From an uncultured SAR86 cluster bacterium (GTDB taxonomy: Bacteria > Pseudomonadota > Gammaproteobacteria > Magnimaribacterales > AG-339-G14), in NCBI GenBank assembly GCA_902514765.1, contig CABXSA010000004.1, positions 1-55,926 on the forward strand: DNA of 55,926 nt, written 5' to 3'. Shown piece after piece: positions 36,314 through 44,814 of this stretch; within the stretch, counting starts at the first letter, position 1; each line of letters starts with the position of its first letter. The notes beneath the pieces are model-generated. The model had not been told where the DNA came from and searched no databases. It saw only the letters and a list, made by a program, of their open reading frames with translations. A program made the translations under genes and the position numbers.

Positions 36314-37396
36314 ATGAAATTACTTAATACTCTATTGATTTTATTACTATCTTTTTCATCACTATCTTTAAGTGATAAGAATTATGTTTTTGGCTGGTCT
36401 CAAATAGAGGATGAAAAACTCAAAAACCCAAGAGGTGGTTCCACAAAAGGTCCTACTGTTGATCTCGACTTGTCCTTAAGCACTGCATGGGAAAAACTTC
36501 AAGAAAAAGGTATCAGTAAGTTTGAAAAGGATAGAAGAGCTATTCTGGCAATGTTAGGAGAATACAGAGTTTACTTTGATTTCATGGAAACCATGGGTTT
36601 CACTGAAGGTTATAGTCCTAGCAGGCCTTATCAATCTTGGGCAACAGAATTTGTGACTCTTGTGGAAGATGAAAGAGATTTTATTAGCCTGCAACATATC
36701 TTAGTAATTTTCACTGAGAGAGAAGATGGCTCACTATCAGAGCCAATGGTAGTAAAACACTGGCGTCAAGATTGGAAATACGAAGATAGAAACTTAAATG
36801 AATACAAAGGCTTCAATAAATGGGCAAAAAAAAGATATACCTCTTTTGCGGTAAGAGGTTCTTGGTCTCAATCTGTATATCAGGTTGATGACTCACCGCG
36901 TTATCAAAGTTATGGGATTTGGGATCATCAAGAAAATCTTTCTTCTTGGAAAAGTAAAGATACTTGGCGACCTTTGCCTAGAAGAGAATTTTCTATAAGA
37001 GAAGATTATGACGTTTTAATAGGTACAAATCTTAAAACCATAACTCCAAATGGCTGGGTTCATGAACAAAATAATAAAAAAGTAGTTCTCGACGAAAATT
37101 CAGAAATACTTGAAGTTTTGGCAAAAGAAATTGGCATTGCTAGGTATGAAAGAATCAAGGGATATGATTGGTCAGCAGGAAAAGATTATTGGAAAGCAAC
37201 TTCCGAATTTTGGATCAAAGTAAGAGATTACTGGACAATTCTTTTAAGTGAGTCCAAGACGCTTGAATTAGCCAAAGAAAAAGAGGGTTTAAGTTTATTT
37301 GCAAAGTTATTTGCTATGGCAAATGACTATAAAAAAGGAGATGTAGGCCAACTTGAAAAAATTAATAGCTCAATTGATTCTTATAGAATTAATTGA
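36314..37396 (+). CDS. Secreted protein, DUF6607-like
   Basis: Signal peptide MKLLNTLLILLLSFSSLSL; motifs KHWRQDW, YQVDDSPRY, WRPLPRRE, GWVHEQ recalled as DUF6607 (from memory, unverified). Confidence 0.7.
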   Translation: MKLLNTLLILLLSFSSLSLSDKNYVFGWSQIEDEKLKNPRGGSTKGPTVDLDLSLSTAWEKLQEKGISKFEKDRRAILAMLGEYRVYFDFMETMGFTEGYSPSRPYQSWATEFVTLVEDERDFISLQHILVIFTEREDGSLSEPMVVKHWRQDWKYEDRNLNEYKGFNKWAKKRYTSFAVRGSWSQSVYQVDDSPRYQSYGIWDHQENLSSWKSKDTWRPLPRREFSIREDYDVLIGTNLKTITPNGWVHEQNNKKVVLDENSEILEVLAKEIGIARYERIKGYDWSAGKDYWKATSEFWIKVRDYWTILLSESKTLELAKEKEGLSLFAKLFAMANDYKKGDVGQLEKINSSIDSYRIN

Positions 37397-37397
37397 A

Positions 37398-37916
37398 TTA
37401 AATTAAATCTTCTGCAAATCTTTTCACCCTATCCCAATCTGTAAATTCGAAACGAGCTTTCGTATCTGTTGGCCCGCTTGTGATCCACATTATTAACCTA
37501 ATCATATATTTATCGAAAAAATTATAGACTGGATAATCCACTACCCCAGCAAATACATCTATATTTTTTGGTTTCCATTTTGTAACTTTTAAGAACTTAT
37601 TTACATATGGGTTGGATTCAGCTCTATTCTTCTCATTTTTTCTGGCAACTACGTTAACGCTAAAAAATGCATTTTCTTTTTCGTTGAGATCTTCAAGATT
37701 CTTTTCTATAAATTCAAATAAATCTTTACGGTAATTTCCATACCTTATACTGGCTCCAATTATGATTTGTTGATAATTTTTTAGGCTTAATGTTTTCGCT
37801 TCCGATAAAGAAGCCAAATCAACATTTTCTGATTCACTCAAATATTCAGCAATCTTGGAAGAAATTTTTTTGGTGTGGCCATCGATCGAAGAATAAACGA
37901 TAAGGGTATTTTTCAT
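37398..37916 (-). CDS. hemG: Flavodoxin-type protoporphyrinogen IX dehydrogenase
   Basis: YSSIDGHTKKI, GASIRYG, FSVNVVARK, GPTD...EFTDW motifs. Confidence 0.93.
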   Translation of the reverse strand: MKNTLIVYSSIDGHTKKISSKIAEYLSESENVDLASLSEAKTLSLKNYQQIIIGASIRYGNYRKDLFEFIEKNLEDLNEKENAFFSVNVVARKNEKNRAESNPYVNKFLKVTKWKPKNIDVFAGVVDYPVYNFFDKYMIRLIMWITSGPTDTKARFEFTDWDRVKRFAEDLI

Positions 37917-37917
37917 G

Positions 37918-38736
37918 CTATTTCCATTTAGCGGTGGGAGGCATAGACATCAAAATTGCTTCAGTAGAGCCACCCGTTTTTAGCCCAAACAAAGTTCCTC
38001 TATCCCAAATTAGGTTAAACTCTACATAACGACCTCTTTTAAGAAGCTGCTGCTCTTTTTCCTCTTCAGTCCAATTTAAATCTTTTTTTTCAGAAACTGT
38101 TTCTTTAATAATGTTTAGAGTGGTTGAACCTAGCTCTTTTACAAAATCAAAATCGTCTTCCCAGTTTCCGGTATTCAAATGATCAAAAAAAATACCACCA
38201 ACTCCTCTGGGTTCATCTCGGTGTGCAAGGTAGAAATATTCATCACAATTTTTTTTAAAATCTGAGTAATAGTTATCGTCTGATTTATCACATGCTTCTT
38301 TTAATTTGGCATGAAAAAGTTTAGTTTCTTTATCATCTGGAATTGACGGAGTCATATCTGTTCCACCTCCAAACCAATTTTCACCAGTTGCTAAAAATCT
38401 TGTATTGAAATGGAAAGCCGGCACCTTGGGCGATTGCATGTGGGCAACCAAACTGATTCCAGAAGCCCAATACTCTGCAGATTTTTCTGTTCCTTTGATT
38501 TGAGATTTAAAATCATCAGAAAATTCACCCGCGACAGTTGAAATGTTTACCCCAACCTTTTCGAAAACCTCGCCTTTAAGGATACTTATCTCACCTCCTC
38601 CTGAGCCTCTATGATCCCATTTTTTTCTTTCGAACTTTCTACCATCTAATTCTTCAAAGGCCGCACAAAATTGATCTCTCAAAGATCTAAACCATTGAGA
38701 TGCTAAATCTTTTTTTTCGTCTAAACTGCTGGTCAT
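37918..38736 (-). CDS. hemF: Oxygen-dependent coproporphyrinogen III oxidase
   Basis: FEKVGVN, WFGGGTD, HRDEPRGVGGIFFD, RGRYVEFNL motifs. Confidence 0.96.
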   Translation of the reverse strand: MTSSLDEKKDLASQWFRSLRDQFCAAFEELDGRKFERKKWDHRGSGGGEISILKGEVFEKVGVNISTVAGEFSDDFKSQIKGTEKSAEYWASGISLVAHMQSPKVPAFHFNTRFLATGENWFGGGTDMTPSIPDDKETKLFHAKLKEACDKSDDNYYSDFKKNCDEYFYLAHRDEPRGVGGIFFDHLNTGNWEDDFDFVKELGSTTLNIIKETVSEKKDLNWTEEEKEQQLLKRGRYVEFNLIWDRGTLFGLKTGGSTEAILMSMPPTAKWK

Positions 38737-39749
38737 AGTTGGGATATTTTATTTGCAATTAAATTGTTGATGGCTTCTACATGCTCGACATTATCATTTA
38801 AGCAAGCTATGTAATGGAAAGCCTCTCCTCCAGAATCCAAGAAAATTTCTTTATTCTCTTCATCGATTTCTTCGATGGTCTCTAAACAATCCATGCTAAA
38901 CCCTGGCGATAAAATTAAGATTTTCTTTACTCCTTCTTTAGGTAATTTTTCCATTAGTTCACTTGTATATGGTTTTAACCATTCTCTTCCAGCCGCTGCC
39001 AATCTAGATTGAAAGCTAGTAATGTACTGATTTTCTTCAAGCCCTAAAGTTTCTGCAACTAAGCGTGAAGTCTTCTGGCAAAAACAATGATAGGGATCCC
39101 CTTCTTCAAAATATTTTTTTGGAATGCCGTGATAAGAAAAAACTATCTTGTCCTGTTTTCCATAAAATTCATGAGTTTTAATTGTGTTAGCTAATGAATT
39201 TATATACTCAGAATTATCATGGTAGCCACTCACAAAATGCAAACTAGGCACCCATCGCCATCTTGAGAGAATTGTGCTCACCTTGTCGAATATAGTCGCA
39301 GCAGTTACTGCAGAATATTGAGGAAATAAAGGCAAGAGTAAAATTTTGCGACAATTTTTTTCCTTCAAACTCAATAAAGCTTTTTCAAGGCTTGGATTTC
39401 CATAGCGCATGGCTAATTCAAATTCTATAGATTCAGAATTTTCATTCAGGTTTTTTATTTTGCTTAAAAATCTCTTTGAATAAACCAGCAAAGGCGAGCC
39501 TTCTTCAAGCCATACAGATTTATAAAGAGCTGCAGATTTCCTAGGTCTAAAAGGCAAAATAAACAAGTTAAGTACGAGCCACCAGATTATCTTTGGTACT
39601 TCTATGACTCTCGTATCTGATAAAAATTCTCTAAGATATTTTCTTACATCTTTTGTAGAGTAACTATCTGGCGAACCAAGATTACAGATAATTACACCAA
39701 CTTTTTGTTTATCTTCGTGGAAAAAATTCTCTTCGCCTAAAAAACTCAT
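38733..39749 (-). CDS. hemH: Ferrochelatase
   Basis: NLGSP, MRYGNP, PQYS, FSYHGIP, DCLETIEEI motifs. Confidence 0.96.
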   Translation of the reverse strand: MSFLGEENFFHEDKQKVGVIICNLGSPDSYSTKDVRKYLREFLSDTRVIEVPKIIWWLVLNLFILPFRPRKSAALYKSVWLEEGSPLLVYSKRFLSKIKNLNENSESIEFELAMRYGNPSLEKALLSLKEKNCRKILLLPLFPQYSAVTAATIFDKVSTILSRWRWVPSLHFVSGYHDNSEYINSLANTIKTHEFYGKQDKIVFSYHGIPKKYFEEGDPYHCFCQKTSRLVAETLGLEENQYITSFQSRLAAAGREWLKPYTSELMEKLPKEGVKKILILSPGFSMDCLETIEEIDEENKEIFLDSGGEAFHYIACLNDNVEHVEAINNLIANKISQL

Positions 39750-40765
39750 AAATAAGACCTTACTTTTTTTACAAAATGCTTAACATTATCTTGAGGTGTG
39801 GTCTTGATAACGCCATGGCCTAATCCACATACCCATCCTTTTCTATCCTCTATTGAAAGAGAAGAAATGTCTTCTAGAAATAAATTTAAAGCTTTATCAA
39901 ATTCCTTAAAATCCTGAGAAATGACCTTTTCACTGAAATTGCCTTGGATGAACCCATCATTCCTTTTTACGAAAATATCTTGAATGCTTACATTTGAATC
40001 TACTCCAATTCCTGCAAAAGGAACTTCGAAGCTATCGGATGCAGCAAAGATCTCATCATAAGAAACTCCATCTTTTGCATAGTAACCAACTTGATTTGGA
40101 AAAGACTTTACCAACTCACTTAAAATTTTATTGAGGTAAATAGATAAATCGTCCTTAGCAAGCTGGTGAGCACAAGAATCAAAAATCATTACCATTTCAG
40201 CTCCAGCCTGCAATTGCAAAGAAATATTTTTATGTAAAAGAGGATAGATATACTCTTCTAAAATTGCCCATTGGTAGCTTTCTATTTTTCCTATTTTGTC
40301 TAATTTATTTTTCGCTGAGGCAAAAGATAGCAATGTCCATGGTCCGCCAATAAAGCCAATCATCGACTTATCGTCTGGAAGCAGTTCGATCGTTCTTTCT
40401 ATTGCCTCCCCTTGGAATTCCAAAGATGTAATGGGATTATTATTGACAAGAATTCTGGAAACATTTTCTTCTGATAAATGTTCTTTGAATATTGGACCGG
40501 GATCATAAATTAAATCCATACCCAAAGATTCCAATGGAAAAAGTATATCGCTAAACAAGATAGCGACATCAAAGTCAAATTCTTCTATTGGACCCAAAGC
40601 AGTTTGAGCTGATAAGGCTGGACTTTTACAAAGCTCAACGAAAGAGTGAGATTTCTTAAGGTTTTGATAATGATCATGATATCTGCCAGCTTGACGCATA
40701 AACCATATTGGCGGAATTTCCTGAGGAACCCGATTCAAAGCATTTTGAAACCTGGAGTTACGCAT
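39746..40765 (-). CDS. hemE: Uroporphyrinogen decarboxylase
   Basis: PIWFMRQAGRY, AILFSDIL, GLGHGV motifs; start moved to ATG 40765. Confidence 0.95.
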   Translation of the reverse strand: MRNSRFQNALNRVPQEIPPIWFMRQAGRYHDHYQNLKKSHSFVELCKSPALSAQTALGPIEEFDFDVAILFSDILFPLESLGMDLIYDPGPIFKEHLSEENVSRILVNNNPITSLEFQGEAIERTIELLPDDKSMIGFIGGPWTLLSFASAKNKLDKIGKIESYQWAILEEYIYPLLHKNISLQLQAGAEMVMIFDSCAHQLAKDDLSIYLNKILSELVKSFPNQVGYYAKDGVSYDEIFAASDSFEVPFAGIGVDSNVSIQDIFVKRNDGFIQGNFSEKVISQDFKEFDKALNLFLEDISSLSIEDRKGWVCGLGHGVIKTTPQDNVKHFVKKVRSYL

Positions 40766-40773
40766 ATAAGAAA

Positions 40774-41769
40774 TTATAGATTTTTTGCTATCTCTTTTGC
40801 GGCATAAGTTAAGATGCAATCCGCACCGGCTCGCTTAAATGAAAGAAGCGATTCAAACATTACGTCCTCGCTAAGCCAGTTTTTTTCAATTGCTGCTTTC
40901 AACATAGCGTATTCACCGCTTACTTGATAAACGAAGGTTGGCATTTGAAATTTTTCTTTAACTGCCTTTACTACGTCAAGATAAGGCATGCCTGGTTTTA
41001 CCATAACAATGTCAGCGCCCTCATTTATATCTAGGGCAACCTCATGGAGCGCTTCATCAATGTTCGCAACAGCCATTTGATAAGTATCTTTTGTTTTATT
41101 TCCAAAAAATTTTGCAGATTCTACTGCATCCTTAAAAGGACCATAGAACTTTGAACTGTATTTTGCTGAGTAAGCCAAAATCATAGTATTTTTGAAACCC
41201 TTTTCTTCCAAGGCTTTCCTTATGACTCCAATTCTGCCATCCATCATATCGGATGGAGCAATGATGTCTGTTCCTGCTTGAGCAAGCTTCAATGCCTGAT
41301 CTTCTAGAACTTTAAGTGTCTCATCATTATCAACATCGCCATCTGAATTTAATATGCCATCATGACCATGGGTTGTATAAGGATCTAAAGCTACATCAGC
41401 AATAACTAGAATCTCCGGAAAATTTTGTTTTATTTTCCTTATGACATTATTAAGAAAATTATTTTCATTTATTGCCTCGGAACCTTTCTCGTCTTTCTTG
41501 TCTTCATCAATTACAGGAAAAATAGCTGTCGCCTTGATACCTAATTTCACAAGCTCTTCAATTTCTATGAGAATACTTTTTTCTGAGTGTTTAAAAATTC
41601 CAAATAGAGATCCTATTTCTTCTTTTTCTTTAATGGATTCCTTAACGAAAATAGGTTGAATTAAATCATTAATGGATAATGTACTTTCTGCTACAAGATC
41701 TCTAATAGGTTTATTCGATCGTAGTCTTCTCAGCCTTGAGAGGGGATATTTTCTTTTAAAATTTGCCAT
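40774..41769 (-). CDS. hemB: Porphobilinogen synthase (Cys-free, Zn-independent type)
   Basis: DVALDPYTTHGHDG, PSDMMDG, VMVKPG, YQVSGEY motifs. Confidence 0.97.
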   Translation of the reverse strand: MANFKRKYPLSRLRRLRSNKPIRDLVAESTLSINDLIQPIFVKESIKEKEEIGSLFGIFKHSEKSILIEIEELVKLGIKATAIFPVIDEDKKDEKGSEAINENNFLNNVIRKIKQNFPEILVIADVALDPYTTHGHDGILNSDGDVDNDETLKVLEDQALKLAQAGTDIIAPSDMMDGRIGVIRKALEEKGFKNTMILAYSAKYSSKFYGPFKDAVESAKFFGNKTKDTYQMAVANIDEALHEVALDINEGADIVMVKPGMPYLDVVKAVKEKFQMPTFVYQVSGEYAMLKAAIEKNWLSEDVMFESLLSFKRAGADCILTYAAKEIAKNL

Positions 41770-41791
41770 ATTAGGTAAATAGAGGCGTAGC

Positions 41792-43291
41792 TTACTTTGC
41801 TTCGTTTACTTTTTCCAGCCAGTCTTCATAGTTTAAAAAAGGCTTTATCTTGTTAGGATATAGTTTATTCAATTCATCAAAAGTTTTACCCAAACCACAA
41901 GAGTGTTCTGCATTTTTAATGCTTGGAAATCTTTTCAAAGCTTCTTTAAAAGAACTGATAGACATCCAATAGAAATGAGAATATTTAGATAAATCTTCTA
42001 TATCTTTTTCAGGAACTAATTCATATGTTGCAATAAGTTTTTTATCTTTGGATTCTGAAGCAATATGGGAAACCAAAAACCAATTTACCTTCTTCAGGAT
42101 CGATTCAGGTTTAGATTGTTCTTCTCCTAAACCATCTGAGGTACCATTCACCCATATTCCTTTCCTAGCCAATTTAAACCAATTTTCTATACCACTTGTC
42201 CAAATTACATTAGACAAATCAATTGCTGTGCCAGTTTCGATTGAGCTTGCTCTGGATATGTACAAACCAGCATTTTTAATGTCCTCTATTTCTTTTGTTC
42301 CATCATTGATCATTGATCGAAAGAATAATTTGAAATCTTTTTTTAATTTTGGGTAGAAATCTTTTATGGGATTTTCAAATTTAGAAAATTCTTTCTTGAA
42401 AGGTAAAAAAGACCTTTTATCAATGAGTTCATTATCTGGCGTTAAGCCTTTCTCAGTAATGATCTTTCCGAGGGAATGATTTTCTATACTGACGCCAATT
42501 TTTTGATGACAGCCTCCACCATATTTTTTAAGTTTCTCTCTCTCCTCTTCAACATTTTTAAAAACATCTAAGTCATTGATTTCATTAAGTAATTCAATAA
42601 CTCTTTTATTGCCTGACTTTACTTCAATGGCCAATGCCCCTTGACCAGGTGCACAGGGATTTTGCGAACAGGGAATTACCATCCATAAAAATTTCTCTAA
42701 GTTTTTTTTAAATGAATCTAACTCACCGGTAATTCCTACTTTAGGAAATAGCAATCTATCAATAGCAGCTTTTGCTATTACCAAACCATCAGCGTTTGAA
42801 TCTTCTAGTTTCTGAACTCTGGTTAGAATATTTCCTCTTACATCGCTAAAACTCAGAGAGTCTACTTCGAAAGGAATTGCTTTTAATAGAAACTTCGAAA
42901 GATTTTCTTGTCTTCGTGGAGAAGAAGTAAATATTTCTAATTTTTTCTTTTTGAAGGAACCCTTCTTAAAAATCAAAACATCTCTTAAGTCTGCTCTTTC
43001 TATAGTTGCGGCAAGTTCTGTCCCTTCTTCAAGATCAACTGGAAGGTCTTTCCAAGAGTGAACTGCAATATCTGCCTTTTCAGTTAATAATTCTCCTCGG
43101 ATATCTGAGGTAAAAACTCCTATCTCAGGCATTTTGTGAAGGGGTGTAGTCAAATCTATATCGCCTGAAGTATCTTTAGTTTTAAAATTTATTTTTATTT
43201 CAGGAAATTTATTTTTAATTACCTCAGAGACTTCTTGTGCTTGTATTTTTGCCAATACACTTTTTCTTGAAATAATAGTTAACTTATCCAT
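41792..43291 (-). CDS. hemC: Hydroxymethylbilane synthase fused to a HemD-like domain
   Basis: AVHSWKDLP, RGNILTR, PGQGALA, GGGC motifs, then about 200 extra aa with HemD-like motifs; AAGGA RBS before ATG 43291. Confidence 0.9.
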   Translation of the reverse strand: MDKLTIISRKSVLAKIQAQEVSEVIKNKFPEIKINFKTKDTSGDIDLTTPLHKMPEIGVFTSDIRGELLTEKADIAVHSWKDLPVDLEEGTELAATIERADLRDVLIFKKGSFKKKKLEIFTSSPRRQENLSKFLLKAIPFEVDSLSFSDVRGNILTRVQKLEDSNADGLVIAKAAIDRLLFPKVGITGELDSFKKNLEKFLWMVIPCSQNPCAPGQGALAIEVKSGNKRVIELLNEINDLDVFKNVEEEREKLKKYGGGCHQKIGVSIENHSLGKIITEKGLTPDNELIDKRSFLPFKKEFSKFENPIKDFYPKLKKDFKLFFRSMINDGTKEIEDIKNAGLYISRASSIETGTAIDLSNVIWTSGIENWFKLARKGIWVNGTSDGLGEEQSKPESILKKVNWFLVSHIASESKDKKLIATYELVPEKDIEDLSKYSHFYWMSISSFKEALKRFPSIKNAEHSCGLGKTFDELNKLYPNKIKPFLNYEDWLEKVNEAK

Positions 43292-43401
43292 TATAACCAA
43301 TCCTTATAAACAACTATATTATTATAATACTACTAACTTTTGATATTTAGTTTGCATCTTTTTAAGTCTATAGTAATGGTCAATTCCTTGTTGGAGATGA
43401 A

Positions 43402-44652
43402 ATGAATTATAAAAAATATTTTTCAGACGAATTGACTTCCTTGAAATCTCAAGGTTTATACAGAAAATTTAGAGAAATTAACAGAGATAAAAAGCACTTT
43501 CCAAGAGCTACAGAAAGGTTTGAAGGTATCGAAAGGCCCGTTGAAGTTTGGTGTAGTAACGATTATCTCAATTTAAGTCAGCATCCAGAAGTAATCAAGA
43601 AGTCTGTTGAAGTTATTGAAGAATTAGGAACTGGCTCTGGAGGTACTAGAAATATTTCAGGAACTTCCTCATATCATGCAGAACTTGAAAAGGAGTTAGC
43701 AAGTTTGCATAACAAACAATCCAGCCTTATATTTCCCTCCGCCTATACTGCAAATCAATCAACTTTGTGGACTTTGTGTAAAAAATTAGAGGGCATAGAA
43801 GTGTTCTCAGATGAGCTCAACCATGCATCTATGATTCAAGGAATAAAAAATGCAAATGTCCCATGTCATATATTTCGCCATAATGATGTAGGTCATTTAA
43901 GAAAGCTCTTAAATACGTCTAATGCGAGTGTTCCAAAACTAATAGTTCTTGAATCACTTTACTCTATGGAAGGCCTTAGGTCGCCGCTTAAACAAATTGT
44001 TTCTCTAGCAAAAGAATTTAATGCTTTGACTTATCTCGACGAGGTTCACTCAGTAGGACTTTATGGTACAGAAGGTAGAGGTATAGCAAATGAACAAAAT
44101 ATTTCTGATGAAATTGACATCATAAATGGAACTCTATCAAAAGCTTTTGGGCAAATGGGTGGTTATATTGCTGCTAGCTCTGACATCATTGATTTCATTA
44201 GAAGCTTTGCACCCGGTTTTATTTTTACATCTTCTGCCAATCCAAGTATTGCAGCTGCTTCAATCAAGGCCATAGAAATAGCTAAGAAATCTGAACACTT
44301 AAGAGAAGAAATTAGAAAAAATTCTGATCTCATAAGGGCTGGATTGAGAGATTTAGAGATACCGCATTTAAATAATGATAGTCACATTATTCCTATACAT
44401 CTTGAAGATCCAAGACTCTGCAAAGAGGCTGCTAATCTTCTTATCGAAGATCACGGAATTTATATTCAGCCTGTCTTCTACCCTACAGTCCCCAAGGGCG
44501 ATGAAAGATTCAGAGTTACAATCACTCCTAAGCATCAATCAAAAGATATCAAGAGATTTCTATCTTCATTGAACCAAGTTTGGGATAAGTTAAGTTTAAG
44601 AAGAGAAAGTTTCTCTTATAATCAAAAGTCTCAAGTAGCTAAAATTTACTAG
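43402..44652 (+). CDS. hemA: 5-aminolevulinate synthase (C4/Shemin pathway)
   Basis: VWCSNDYL, GSGGTRNISGT, SDELNHASMIQGI, DEVHSVGLYG, GTLSKAFG, RSFAPGFIFT are ALAS-type motifs; adjacent to the hem operon. Confidence 0.93.
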   Translation: MNYKKYFSDELTSLKSQGLYRKFREINRDKKHFPRATERFEGIERPVEVWCSNDYLNLSQHPEVIKKSVEVIEELGTGSGGTRNISGTSSYHAELEKELASLHNKQSSLIFPSAYTANQSTLWTLCKKLEGIEVFSDELNHASMIQGIKNANVPCHIFRHNDVGHLRKLLNTSNASVPKLIVLESLYSMEGLRSPLKQIVSLAKEFNALTYLDEVHSVGLYGTEGRGIANEQNISDEIDIINGTLSKAFGQMGGYIAASSDIIDFIRSFAPGFIFTSSANPSIAAASIKAIEIAKKSEHLREEIRKNSDLIRAGLRDLEIPHLNNDSHIIPIHLEDPRLCKEAANLLIEDHGIYIQPVFYPTVPKGDERFRVTITPKHQSKDIKRFLSSLNQVWDKLSLRRESFSYNQKSQVAKIY

Positions 44653-44654
44653 TT

Positions 44655-44812
44655 TAAAAGTCGAAATCCCGCTGTTAAGCGGGATTTCTTCTCTCCAAAA
44701 ACTTTAATGAAATATTCAGGGGGAGATCTTTAAGAGATATGCCATGAGATGAAATGAAAAGGCTACTCTAAAAATCTTCATACTTTCATTATCGTTTTTA
44801 TCCTCTCCTAAA
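44655..44812 (-). ncRNA. Candidate 3'UTR-derived small RNA
   Basis: About 160-nt trailer in a genome with minimal spacers; contains UUCAUUUCAUCUC, complementary to the hemA RBS/start; ends in a terminator. Hypothesis only. Confidence 0.5.
44663..44688. terminator. Bidirectional intrinsic terminator between hemA and the TonB receptor
   Basis: GAAATCCCGCT-GTTA-AGCGGGATTTC 11-bp stem with T-rich sequence on both sides. Confidence 0.85.
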
Positions 44813-44814
44813 AT

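Noticed and set aside
43301-43401. Fur box in the hemC/hemA divergent promoter
   Set aside because: Only a short TATTATAATA palindrome; no match to the AATGATAATnATTATCATT pattern seen elsewhere.
43376-43405. Upstream ORF MVNSLLEMK overlapping the hemA start (ATGA)
   Set aside because: No SD, and its ATG sits right after the likely -10 (TATAGT 43369-43374), so it is probably not transcribed.
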